From Elusimicrobiota bacterium (GTDB lineage Bacteria > CG03 > SLGR01 > JAGXOG01), in the NCBI GenBank assembly GCA_051745145.1, contig JBNJDT010000010.1:1-52164 (forward strand): a stretch of DNA of 52,164 nt. The letters are read 5' to 3'. Each line of letters starts with the position of its first letter. Within the stretch, counting starts at the first letter, position 1. The notes beneath the pieces are model-generated. The model was given only the letters and a program-made list of their open reading frames with translations, was not told where the DNA came from and searched no databases. Positions 1 through 8,819 of this stretch are shown in pieces. The translations under genes were made by a program, and so were the position numbers.

Positions 1-1
1 T

Positions 2-1075
2 TCCGGAGTTTTTTATAACCCGGCGAATCTTGCTTTAAGGCCGGCACGGGCGTTAAATCTGGGCATGGGGGCAAATTTTACCGAAGAGATGAAAACGGGA
101 GGGGATACACAGATGTATTCTTCTTCGGCTCTTTACAAAGGACCTACCTGGGGAATTATGTATCCTATCGGGGGAATAAGTATAGCTGTAGGTCAAAGAG
201 GGGATACGGATATGGGGTATTACCACGCTCACAAAGAATTTGATGAGGGGTATGCCGATTCCTATGAAACCGATATAACAGGCGGAATAAACCGGACTGT
301 GATTGCTACAGGTTTTAGGTTATTAGGCGGCTTACACACCGGTTTCTCGTATAACCTTGTAGGCGGGGGAGTGGAAGGCGATTCCGAACAGATTCTGTAC
401 CAGGATAGCTGGACAGAAAATGAAATTGACCGCAAATTCAGCGGAAATTATATGGATGTCGGCCTGCTCTACCGGCTGGCCCATGATGCCGGCACGGTGG
501 GATTTAACTGGTCCCCCGGGTATGAGATGGAAGATGACTGGTCCAGTGAGGCGACTAATAAATACTGGGACAGTACTGAAGAAAAATGGGTTACATCGGG
601 TGAAACCTCTCTGGAAGGAAAAAGAGATGTTACTATGCCCTCTAAAATGGGGCTGGGTATACAGTACAATTTTCTGGGGCTGGACCAGACCATGATTACA
701 GCGGATGTAGAGCGGACCCAATGGAGCAATTACCGGTATGAAGAGACTGACTCTTCCGCTGACGGTTACAATGAAGAGAAAGACCCCGGTTACCGGGACA
801 CTACTTCATTCAGCGTGGGAGCCGAACACTATATTACTTTCGCTACGGCTCTAAGAGGTGGTTTTTCTTACGAACCGTTTTACGGGTCAACTGCAGTGGA
901 TAAGGTATCTGTCAGCGCCGGCGCGGGCATAGATGTGGGGCAGGACCTTGCTTTTGACATAGGAAGCAAACTGGGAATGTTAACCTATCAGGGAGACAAC
1001 CCGTTTACATCTGACACTGCGACAGTATCGGAGCGAAACTTAAAACTTTCGGCCAGTATGGAATGGAGTTTTTAG
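2..1075 (+). CDS. Outer-membrane beta-barrel protein, FadL/OmpP1/TodX-like (5' end outside window)
   Basis: Frame is open from nt 2 (SGVFYNPANLA), giving the NPA hatch motif; amphipathic beta-strands, TMPSKMGLG and LRGGFSY motifs, C-terminal MEWSF. Confidence 0.7.
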   Translation, partial: SGVFYNPANLALRPARALNLGMGANFTEEMKTGGDTQMYSSSALYKGPTWGIMYPIGGISIAVGQRGDTDMGYYHAHKEFDEGYADSYETDITGGINRTVIATGFRLLGGLHTGFSYNLVGGGVEGDSEQILYQDSWTENEIDRKFSGNYMDVGLLYRLAHDAGTVGFNWSPGYEMEDDWSSEATNKYWDSTEEKWVTSGETSLEGKRDVTMPSKMGLGIQYNFLGLDQTMITADVERTQWSNYRYEETDSSADGYNEEKDPGYRDTTSFSVGAEHYITFATALRGGFSYEPFYGSTAVDKVSVSAGAGIDVGQDLAFDIGSKLGMLTYQGDNPFTSDTATVSERNLKLSASMEWSF

Positions 1076-1085
1076 AGATTAGAGC

Positions 1086-2048
1086 ATGATAAAAAAACAA
1101 AATTTCGTAAAATTTATAGTTAAAATTTTTAGCGCCTGGTTAATATTGATAGGCGGTGTTGCCGGCGTATCTTACGGGAAGTGGGGTAAGATTACAGAGG
1201 TAGCTTTTGACGAGGATGCTCCATCCAGCAAATATGTAGAAATATTTGTCAGTTCAAATACCAATATTAACGGGTCAAAGCTGTATTACAGAGCTAATCT
1301 GGAAGGCAGTTCTTTTGAATCTGCTTTTACTTTTCCCGATGTCGATGTTAAAGAAGGGGACTATATTATTTTGGAATTCGGGGTTGACGATGACCCCAAA
1401 ACTACAAAATCCTGGGGCTATGTTTTTCACACCAGTGATCCGGATCCACCCAGCAGCCAGGGGGCCCTGTACCTTACAGACCCCTCAGGCAGCGCATGGG
1501 AGGATTTTGTGCTTTTTATAAGAGAAACCACGGAGAATTTTTATATGTCTTCAGAATACGATATGGCAGTTTCTTCCGGCCACTGGTCCCCGTCTTCACC
1601 CGAAAATTATAGAGGATATGTTCCCACTTTAACAGACGATGATGCCGGCTGGTCCCTCCAGCGCAAAAGAGATAACGTAACCGGCGCGCCGGTTGATACG
1701 GATGCCAAAGATGACTGGGTTTACGAGGAAATATCAAGGGGCAGCGGTTATTTTGTCGAACCGTCAACCATTGATGATGAAGAGGTCATTGTCTATCCCA
1801 ATCCTTTTTATCCCGAAGAGGGGCAGGAGGCCAGAATTGTGCTGCCCGAAGATTTCAGCGGTCAGACCCAAAAGCTTAGAATTTACACTGTTGACGGGGT
1901 ACAGGTGCTGGAGAAAGACGTAAGGGCCGATATGTTAAGCTGGGACGGCAAAAATAAGTCGGGTAAGGATTGCGCCAGCGGGTTATATTTCTTTTATCTG
2001 GAGACCGGCAGCGGCGGAAAAACCGGGAAAATAACATTGGTAAGATGA
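1086..2048 (+). CDS. Secreted protein with lamin-tail-like N-terminal domain and FlgD-Ig/T9SS-like C-terminal domain
   Basis: Signal peptide; ITEV...YVEIF and SLQR motifs resemble lamin-tail domains; C-terminus VYPNPF..LRIYTVDG..WDGKN..G..ASGLYF..GKITLVR. Confidence 0.7.
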   Translation: MIKKQNFVKFIVKIFSAWLILIGGVAGVSYGKWGKITEVAFDEDAPSSKYVEIFVSSNTNINGSKLYYRANLEGSSFESAFTFPDVDVKEGDYIILEFGVDDDPKTTKSWGYVFHTSDPDPPSSQGALYLTDPSGSAWEDFVLFIRETTENFYMSSEYDMAVSSGHWSPSSPENYRGYVPTLTDDDAGWSLQRKRDNVTGAPVDTDAKDDWVYEEISRGSGYFVEPSTIDDEEVIVYPNPFYPEEGQEARIVLPEDFSGQTQKLRIYTVDGVQVLEKDVRADMLSWDGKNKSGKDCASGLYFFYLETGSGGKTGKITLVR

Positions 2049-2920
2049 GATATTTAAAGAATTTTTTATTAGGAATAATTATTGTAGCAGCCGGGCAGGT
2101 AAGTTCCGCGCAGGGGGCCGGAACAACCGGAGGACGTATATTAAAGATTGATACCTTAAGCCGGGTTGCCGGAGTGGGAGGAGCCTATACAGCCAGGGCC
2201 AATGATGTAGCGGCCGTAACTTACAATCCCGCGGGGCTGACCCGGATTTACGGGCCGGAAGTGGAATTTTCCCATTCCCGTTATTTTCTGGATACTTCCC
2301 TTACTTCGCTGTCGGCGGTTTACAAATGGAGCGGGCTGGGGCTGGGATTTCAGTGGAAACAGTTTTCCTCTCCGGAGACCTACAGAGATGAAACCGGGGG
2401 CAGTGAAGAAAATTTTGACAATAAGTTTACTCAATTGTCAATGGCCTCGGGATTTGCTTTGTCCCAAAGAATCTCCGTAGGGTTGTCCTTAAAGTCAGTT
2501 AACGAAGATTTGTATGAGACTTCGGATTCGGCGGTAGTTTTTGATTCCGGAATTTATATAGTGGGATACCGGGGGGATACTTACGGCATTACGGTTAAAA
2601 ACCTGGGCGGAGCCATAGAACACAAAAATGAAGAGAGCGACACAGATACCAAACTGACTCTTGCCGGAGCCCACAGCATGGGAGATTTTATTTTCTCCTG
2701 GGACCTTATGAGAACCGGGGAATACGATCTGGGCTGGAGCGCGGGTCTGGAAGGAGAATTCCGGGGAGTTAAACTCAGGGGGGGAGTTAAATATGAGAAT
2801 TCTCCCGATTTTACGATGGGTCTGGGAATACCCTACGGCAGATGGACTCTTGATTACGCTTTTTCTCCCCACCGGGACCTTGGAGGCGCCCACCGGATGA
2901 GTCTGGGAATTCTTTTTTAA
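2045..2920 (+). CDS. PorV/PorQ family outer-membrane beta-barrel protein
   Basis: ATG at 2045 overlaps upstream TGA (ATGA); signal peptide; GVGGAYTA..YNPAGL, VKNLG, LDYAFSPH..HRMSLGILF. Confidence 0.8.
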   Translation: MRYLKNFLLGIIIVAAGQVSSAQGAGTTGGRILKIDTLSRVAGVGGAYTARANDVAAVTYNPAGLTRIYGPEVEFSHSRYFLDTSLTSLSAVYKWSGLGLGFQWKQFSSPETYRDETGGSEENFDNKFTQLSMASGFALSQRISVGLSLKSVNEDLYETSDSAVVFDSGIYIVGYRGDTYGITVKNLGGAIEHKNEESDTDTKLTLAGAHSMGDFIFSWDLMRTGEYDLGWSAGLEGEFRGVKLRGGVKYENSPDFTMGLGIPYGRWTLDYAFSPHRDLGGAHRMSLGILF

Positions 2921-2985
2921 ATTTCTCCGGATTGTCTAAAATTTAGATGCTTTTCATTTAAAGTTTCAATACTTAAACCATTTCC

Positions 2986-4617
2986 ATGAAAAAATATAAT
3001 TTTAAAAAACTTTTATTTTTTTTAATTGTCTTACTTTTGGGGGGGACGCCGGTAATACGCGGAGAAATCACATCCTACACTGCGGGCGGCCGTAAAGCTA
3101 AGGCCGTAAAAGGAGAGCTTCTGGTAAAATTCCGGACCGGTGTTTCCAAAGAAAAACAGAACCAGCACCTAAAAAAACAGGGAGCCGAAAAAGTCCGGAA
3201 ATTAAAGAAAATAAACGTTATTAAGTTAAGGGTTCCCCACCAGGCCCTGGTAAATATAATGAAGGCCTTTAACAATAATCCGGATATAGAATACGCCGAA
3301 CCCAACTATATTTATACCACCCAGAAATTACCCCCTATTTACAGCGATGAGCAGGAACTGGAAAATAATCAGTGGGGAATGTATAAAATAGAAGCCCCTG
3401 GCGCGTGGGATATAGAAACGGGCGATGGGAAAACGGTTATAGCCGTGGTAGACAGCGGTGTTGACCTGGACCATATTGACCTTGCAGATAATATCTGGGA
3501 AAATTCTGATGAATCAGATAATGGTCTGGATTCAGACGGCAATGGATATAATTCAGATATAAATGGGTGGGATTTTGCGGATGGAGACAATAATCCCAAT
3601 CCCGATTCAGACCATGTGGATGCTGGAGAATGGCACGGGACCCACGTAGCCGGAATAGCCGCCGCCTCGGCAACCGACCAGGTGGTGGGAGTATCCTGGT
3701 CGAATAAGATAATGGCCCTCAGGGCTCTCTCTTATGATGATGGAACCGGTCAGGTTAACGGGGAGCTGGCGGATATTGCTGAAGCTATTACTTATGCCGC
3801 TGATAACGGGGCCGATATCATAAATATGAGTTTAGGCGCGTATGAAAATTCTTCTGCTTTAAAAGACGCTATTGACAGTGCCTACGGGGAAGGCTGCGTG
3901 TTAGTGGGGGCCTCCGGCAATGACGATCTTAATGAGATAGCTTACCCGGCCAAATATGAAAATGTAATAGCCGTGGGAGCTACAGATATAAATGATGACC
4001 GGGTGGATACCTGGGATTGGGGATCTAATTACGGGACCGGTTTGGATCTGGTGGCCCCGGGTAAAGATATTTTGTCCACGTATCCTGACGATAATCCCCG
4101 ACAGGCGGGAGGTACCAGCATGGCTGCGCCTTTTGTGGCAGGGCTGGCTTCACTTATGGTATCCTACTACGAAGATTCAGGCAGCGGATGGGATCCTAAA
4201 AAAATTAAAGATATATTAATTACTACCGCCGACGGAATTAACGGAACCGGTTATCCGGATTGGGACGACGAGACGGGTTACGGCCGGATAAACAGCTATG
4301 CGACAATGAGTTTTATAAAGTCCGGGGGTTTTGCCAGCGAACCTATTAGCCCAATAGCTTTTCCCAATCCCTTTAATCCCCACTCCGAGAATGTCCGGTT
4401 GAGACTGTCCGAGAGGAACAGCAGTACCGTAAAAAAGTATAAAGTATATACTCTCTCCGGCCGGCTGGTAAGAGATGAATCAGGTCAGTCCGGGGAATAT
4501 GTAAACTGGGACGGTAAAAATAATGCCGGTGATGATTGTGCCTCCGGTCTGTATTTTTTTCAGCTGGAAACTTTTGACGGGGAAGACGAAGTGGGCAAAG
4601 TTACTATCTTAAGATAA
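2986..4617 (+). CDS. Subtilisin-like S8 serine peptidase with prodomain and FlgD/T9SS-like CTD
   Basis: Catalytic triad motifs AVVDSG, HGTHVAG, GTSMAAP; signal peptide; CTD AFPNPFNP..WDGKN..ASGLYF..GKVTILR. Confidence 0.92.
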   Translation: MKKYNFKKLLFFLIVLLLGGTPVIRGEITSYTAGGRKAKAVKGELLVKFRTGVSKEKQNQHLKKQGAEKVRKLKKINVIKLRVPHQALVNIMKAFNNNPDIEYAEPNYIYTTQKLPPIYSDEQELENNQWGMYKIEAPGAWDIETGDGKTVIAVVDSGVDLDHIDLADNIWENSDESDNGLDSDGNGYNSDINGWDFADGDNNPNPDSDHVDAGEWHGTHVAGIAAASATDQVVGVSWSNKIMALRALSYDDGTGQVNGELADIAEAITYAADNGADIINMSLGAYENSSALKDAIDSAYGEGCVLVGASGNDDLNEIAYPAKYENVIAVGATDINDDRVDTWDWGSNYGTGLDLVAPGKDILSTYPDDNPRQAGGTSMAAPFVAGLASLMVSYYEDSGSGWDPKKIKDILITTADGINGTGYPDWDDETGYGRINSYATMSFIKSGGFASEPISPIAFPNPFNPHSENVRLRLSERNSSTVKKYKVYTLSGRLVRDESGQSGEYVNWDGKNNAGDDCASGLYFFQLETFDGEDEVGKVTILR

Positions 4618-5537
4618 TGAATTTAAAACATATAAAAATATATTGTAACCGGATAAAAGAGAGCATTTTAATTTTATTTTTTACAGCGGTAATAATTTTA
4701 ACCGGAAAAGCTGGGTTAATAGCCGGTCCGGGTACAACCGGCGGTGAGGTCCTCAATATGTCCCCCGGTGCCGGTCCGGCGGCCTTAGGGGAAGCCTTCG
4801 GGGCAAGATCGGGACAGATTAACTCAACTGTTTACAATCCGGCCGGTTTGCGGTGGATTGAAGGACTGAATTTTGAGGCGTCTCATATGCTTTATTATTT
4901 GGATACCCAGATGAGTTCAGTAGGATACGGCCAGAAGATTGGAACTTTAGGGCTGGGAATTCACGTAAAGAATTTTATGGCCGAAGATACAGCAAGGGAT
5001 GTAATCGGCCAAAAAGAGGAAAGTTTTAACATTAATTTTGGCCGGTATACAGTGGCGGCGGCTCTTCCCGCCGAAGAAGAAGGGCAAAGCTGGGGAGCGG
5101 CGGTTAATGTGATTACCGAAAGCATTTACGAAAAAAGCGCTGCGGCTGCTTCACTGGATTTGGGGTGGCATTATAAAATGGACGATACCGCCTCAGCCGG
5201 TATTGTAATCCGCAATATAGGGCAGAGCATTAAGGTTGCCGGTTCAAAAGTAGATCTTCCCCGTCAGGGGGTTCTGGCCGGAGAATACAGAATTGGAAGT
5301 TATAACTTTTTGTCTGAAATTTCTGTTTCCCGGCAGTATAATTTCGGGTTCAGGAGCGGAATACAGGCTAATATGGGCCGGTATCTTATGCTCCGCGCCG
5401 GGTTTACTTATGTAACAGCGCCTGAGTTAACAACCGGCTTTGGGATAGATACCGGCAGGTGGACTTTGGATTACTCTTTTTCTCCACATTTTGATCTGGG
5501 TATGTCCCACAGGTTTTCTCTGGGAGTTAAATTGTAG
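4617..5537 (+). CDS. PorV/PorQ family outer-membrane beta-barrel protein
   Basis: TAATG overlap with the S8 gene; AALGEAF..YNPAGL, IRNIG, LDYSFSPH..HRFSLGVKL; paralog of 2045..2920. Confidence 0.8.
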   Translation: MNLKHIKIYCNRIKESILILFFTAVIILTGKAGLIAGPGTTGGEVLNMSPGAGPAALGEAFGARSGQINSTVYNPAGLRWIEGLNFEASHMLYYLDTQMSSVGYGQKIGTLGLGIHVKNFMAEDTARDVIGQKEESFNINFGRYTVAAALPAEEEGQSWGAAVNVITESIYEKSAAAASLDLGWHYKMDDTASAGIVIRNIGQSIKVAGSKVDLPRQGVLAGEYRIGSYNFLSEISVSRQYNFGFRSGIQANMGRYLMLRAGFTYVTAPELTTGFGIDTGRWTLDYSFSPHFDLGMSHRFSLGVKL

Positions 5538-5552
5538 AACTGGATGGGTTGC

Positions 5553-5581
5553 TTGACATTATCCGTTAAATTTATGATAAT
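5553..5581 (+). promoter_or_regulatory. Sigma70-type promoter of the ComEC/nuclease operon
   Basis: TTGACA (5553-5558), 17 bp spacer, GATAAT (5576-5581), 42 bp before the first ORF. Confidence 0.6.
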
Positions 5582-5623
5582 AAATTTTACTTATATTTTA
5601 AAAGCCTCAGAATATAAATAAAT

Positions 5624-5875
5624 ATGAAAGACGCAACTTCAAAATTTATATTTGCTTTGATAATCGGGGCGGTGCTTATAGGGTGGATATATACTCTTTT
5701 TGTACCGGCTCATACACTGGAAAATAACCTTGAATTAAATGCAAATTATTATCCCGGGATACGACCGGAAACCGTGGAAGCCGGTCCGGTAGCAAAAAGC
5801 ACATCCTCCCGGATAGAAAAAAGTACTACCTCCCGGATAGAAGAAAGCACGGATACTTATAATAATGAAGACTGA
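5624..5875 (+). CDS. Small single-pass membrane protein, hypothetical
   Basis: N-terminal hydrophobic helix and low-complexity tail; overlaps the next gene by 11 bp. Confidence 0.6.
   Translation: MKDATSKFIFALIIGAVLIGWIYTLFVPAHTLENNLELNANYYPGIRPETVEAGPVAKSTSSRIEKSTTSRIEESTDTYNNED
5795..5851 (+). repeat. In-frame 24-bp tandem repeat, about 2.4 copies
   Basis: aaaagcacatcctcccggatagaa / aaaagtactacctcccggatagaa / gaaagcacg encoding KSTSSRIE KSTTSRIE EST. Confidence 0.8.
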
Positions 5876-8819
5876 ATCTTTTGTGATTTCTATCATTAAG
5901 TGGGGATGCTGGGCTTTTGTGGCCGGCGTGGGCATCGCCAATATACTTGGACCTCAGGAATACGAATTTATGGTCAGGATGTGGGTGTTCAGCGGCGTAT
6001 TTTTTATTCTTTCCGGATATCTTTATTTTGCCTCCAGAAATTTAGTAAAATACACAATGATTCCCGCGGTAGTGGTATTTGGCCTGGCCGCATATCAGTG
6101 GCAGTTCGATACTTCCAACCCCGATCATATCTCCAATTTTATAGATGCCGACCGGTGGGATACTTCGATAGTCCGGGGAGTTGTAACCCGTGACCCCGAT
6201 GTAAGAGACTGGGTGACCCACGTTGTTATAAAACCCACCCACGTAGTGGCTAATCCGGAAGGTGCCCCTAAACCTAAAAAGCTGGAAGGGAAGGTGGGCA
6301 GTTTAATAGTTTTTGTTTCCAAAGAGATTGAATCCGATACTTCCTATTACAATGAGATGGAGTACGGCGATGAGGTTGAAGTTACCGGGGCCATTACCCA
6401 GCCTATGCCCCTTACTAACCCGCACGGGTTTGACTATGCCGAATATCTTGTCAACCAGGGGGTCTATGCCAGCATGTACGTGGGGGAAGCAAAAAATATA
6501 AGTTTTAAGGGCAAAGCCGATTTAGGATATTTTAACCGGGTTAAGAAATTTGCTTACCGCATTAAAGACCGGATGATACTCGGGCTTAAGAAAACAGTGC
6601 CCCCGCCGGCGTCGGCCTTTATCGGCGGTATTACTGTCGGGGCCCGGGGCGGGGTGCCGGATGTACAGCAATTTGATTTTCAGGCTACCGGTGTGGCCCA
6701 TGTACTTGCCCTGTCCGGTCTGCACGTGGGATTTATCGCTATTATGCTGATAATGTTTTTTAATAATTTTTTTAAATCCCCCCTCTTATTTTACAAAGTT
6801 CCCTCTAAATTATTCGGCAAAGAAATAGACTTAACTCCCTATTCTTTAAAATTGATTCCCCCGTTTGTTATAGGAGCCCTGTTTTTGTTTACCATAATCA
6901 CCGGGGCCAGGCCGGCGACGGTCCGAGCTTCTATGATGTACTCTATAATGATAGTTTTTAACCTGTGGCTGGGGCTTAATTTACAGAAAGCGGGAAGCAT
7001 AACCATCCCCATGGCCGCGGCTGTAATGCTGGGTATGAATTCCTTTCTTATTTATGACGCTTCATTCGCCCTTTCTTTTACCGCGGTATGGTCTATAGTG
7101 TATCTTTCCGGTCCCCTGAGAAATATTTTTTCAAGGCTGATCGTGGGATGGGGGCAGATGGTCTTTTTTATATTTTTTGCTTCATCGGTAACTCTTATGA
7201 TAGTCGCTCCGTGGGTGTATACTAATTCTGATTTTCTCATCTTTTACACTGTAGCTTTATCATTAATGTCCCTGGGAGCTTATTTGCTGGAGAAAAAATA
7301 TCCCCTTGACGGTTTTGAGTTTGAAGGCTGGTGGCCATATGTGGCGGGTTTTTTCTGTGTTCAGCTTTCCATTCAGATAGGGATGATGTGGCCGCTTTCC
7401 GGGGTCTATTTTAACCGCTTTCCCGTGGCCGGTCTGCTGGCTAATTTTATAGCCATACCCCTTGTCGGGATTATTGTGCCGCTGGGACTTTTGGGAGAAC
7501 TTTTTACTTTTGTTCCCGTCATAGGCGATAAGATAGGTCTGCTTATAGGGGGAACTAATACTATACTTTCTAACTTCTTTTTATGGTTTGCCAGGTTGTT
7601 CAGGACTTATTTTCCGTACCCGATACATTCTGCGCCGCCGGCAAAGTGGCTTGTTATATATTATATTATGGTTTTGATATTTGCGTTTAACCGTAAAATT
7701 CGACGGTTGTTGGTAAAAAGTTTAAAAATTTCCAAAAAGCAGGCGGTCTGGGCGGTAGTGATATTATTGACAGTTATCTTCTCTTCGGGATACTGGGCCG
7801 AGGAGCTGGTTAAGGGCACACCCAAAAAAGACGAGGAGATACTCATAACTTATCTGGATGTGGATTACGGCAACTGTATTTTAATCCAGACCCCCACGGG
7901 CAAGAATTTTTTAATTGACGGCGGCGCCCGGGGCGGGGAAAGGTACTGGAGTATGGGAGGATTCGGTTCGGGGGAAAGTGTTATTATACCCAATCTTTCC
8001 GGATATAATATTTCAAAACTGGATAAAGTAATTCTTTCCAATCCCCTGCCCGAGAATGTGGGGGGGCTTATATATGTTATGGAATATTTTAATGTCGATG
8101 AATTCTGGGATACACTTGATCCGGAAAACTTTCCCAGAGATATTTCTTACACCGAGTTTTTACAGAATATAAAAGATGTGCGGATGATGGTAAAAAGCGA
8201 TCAGCCCCTGCCGGTGGGAACATATCTTAATTACTATGACTTAATAAATAAAGATTTAGCTCCGGCGGGATCGATAGAGCAGATGAGGCAGGGTAAAGAG
8301 ATACATACTAAAAAATTAGTCCCCAGGCATAAAATCTACAGGGGAGTTGTAATATATGAGGATACTTATAACGGGAAAGATATCCGCCTGGAGGCATTAA
8401 ATCCCCCCGAGGAGCGGATAACCAAAACGGGAGATAATCTTCAGAACAATTCTGCGGTATTGAAATTAACCTACGGGGAAAGATCTTTTCTCTTTGCATC
8501 CGACATTCAAAGAGAAGGGGAACAGATTCTTATTGATGAGCTGGGAGCCGATGTTCTTAACGCAGATATATTAACTGTTCCGGATCACGGAAATACGACG
8601 GCGTCCTCCGGACGATTTTTGGAAATGGTAGATCCTGTTTTTGCCGTTGCTCAGTACGGTTACCTGAAGGACAGAAGTTTTTACGATTCCGAGCTGGAGA
8701 GGACATTGATGAATTACGAAAAGAGAAATATTAAAGTGTTCCGCACCGATACCCAGGGGGCAGTAGAAGTAAGGTCCGATGGCAAGGTTGTGGATATTAC
8801 ATCGGTTTTAGGAGGATAG
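5865..8819 (+). CDS. comEC: ComEC/Rec2 DNA-uptake channel protein (DUF4131/OB + Competence + degenerate MBL domain)
   Basis: NPHGFDYAEYL; GVAHVLALSGLHVG; TGARPATVRA; SFALSF; ANFIAIPL; C-terminal MBL fold ending FRTDTQGAV. Confidence 0.9.
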   Translation: MKTESFVISIIKWGCWAFVAGVGIANILGPQEYEFMVRMWVFSGVFFILSGYLYFASRNLVKYTMIPAVVVFGLAAYQWQFDTSNPDHISNFIDADRWDTSIVRGVVTRDPDVRDWVTHVVIKPTHVVANPEGAPKPKKLEGKVGSLIVFVSKEIESDTSYYNEMEYGDEVEVTGAITQPMPLTNPHGFDYAEYLVNQGVYASMYVGEAKNISFKGKADLGYFNRVKKFAYRIKDRMILGLKKTVPPPASAFIGGITVGARGGVPDVQQFDFQATGVAHVLALSGLHVGFIAIMLIMFFNNFFKSPLLFYKVPSKLFGKEIDLTPYSLKLIPPFVIGALFLFTIITGARPATVRASMMYSIMIVFNLWLGLNLQKAGSITIPMAAAVMLGMNSFLIYDASFALSFTAVWSIVYLSGPLRNIFSRLIVGWGQMVFFIFFASSVTLMIVAPWVYTNSDFLIFYTVALSLMSLGAYLLEKKYPLDGFEFEGWWPYVAGFFCVQLSIQIGMMWPLSGVYFNRFPVAGLLANFIAIPLVGIIVPLGLLGELFTFVPVIGDKIGLLIGGTNTILSNFFLWFARLFRTYFPYPIHSAPPAKWLVIYYIMVLIFAFNRKIRRLLVKSLKISKKQAVWAVVILLTVIFSSGYWAEELVKGTPKKDEEILITYLDVDYGNCILIQTPTGKNFLIDGGARGGERYWSMGGFGSGESVIIPNLSGYNISKLDKVILSNPLPENVGGLIYVMEYFNVDEFWDTLDPENFPRDISYTEFLQNIKDVRMMVKSDQPLPVGTYLNYYDLINKDLAPAGSIEQMRQGKEIHTKKLVPRHKIYRGVVIYEDTYNGKDIRLEALNPPEERITKTGDNLQNNSAVLKLTYGERSFLFASDIQREGEQILIDELGADVLNADILTVPDHGNTTASSGRFLEMVDPVFAVAQYGYLKDRSFYDSELERTLMNYEKRNIKVFRTDTQGAVEVRSDGKVVDITSVLGG

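Noticed and set aside
1970..2044. Longer N-terminus of the first PorV-like ORF from the ORF track (likewise 48372-48482)
   Set aside because: Overlaps the upstream cargo gene; ATGs at 2045 and 48483 give proper signal peptides and translational coupling.
2935..2947. Palindrome TCTAAA-A-TTTAGA between PorV-1 and S8
   Set aside because: Short and AT-rich with a 1-nt loop; not a credible terminator and no second copy seen.
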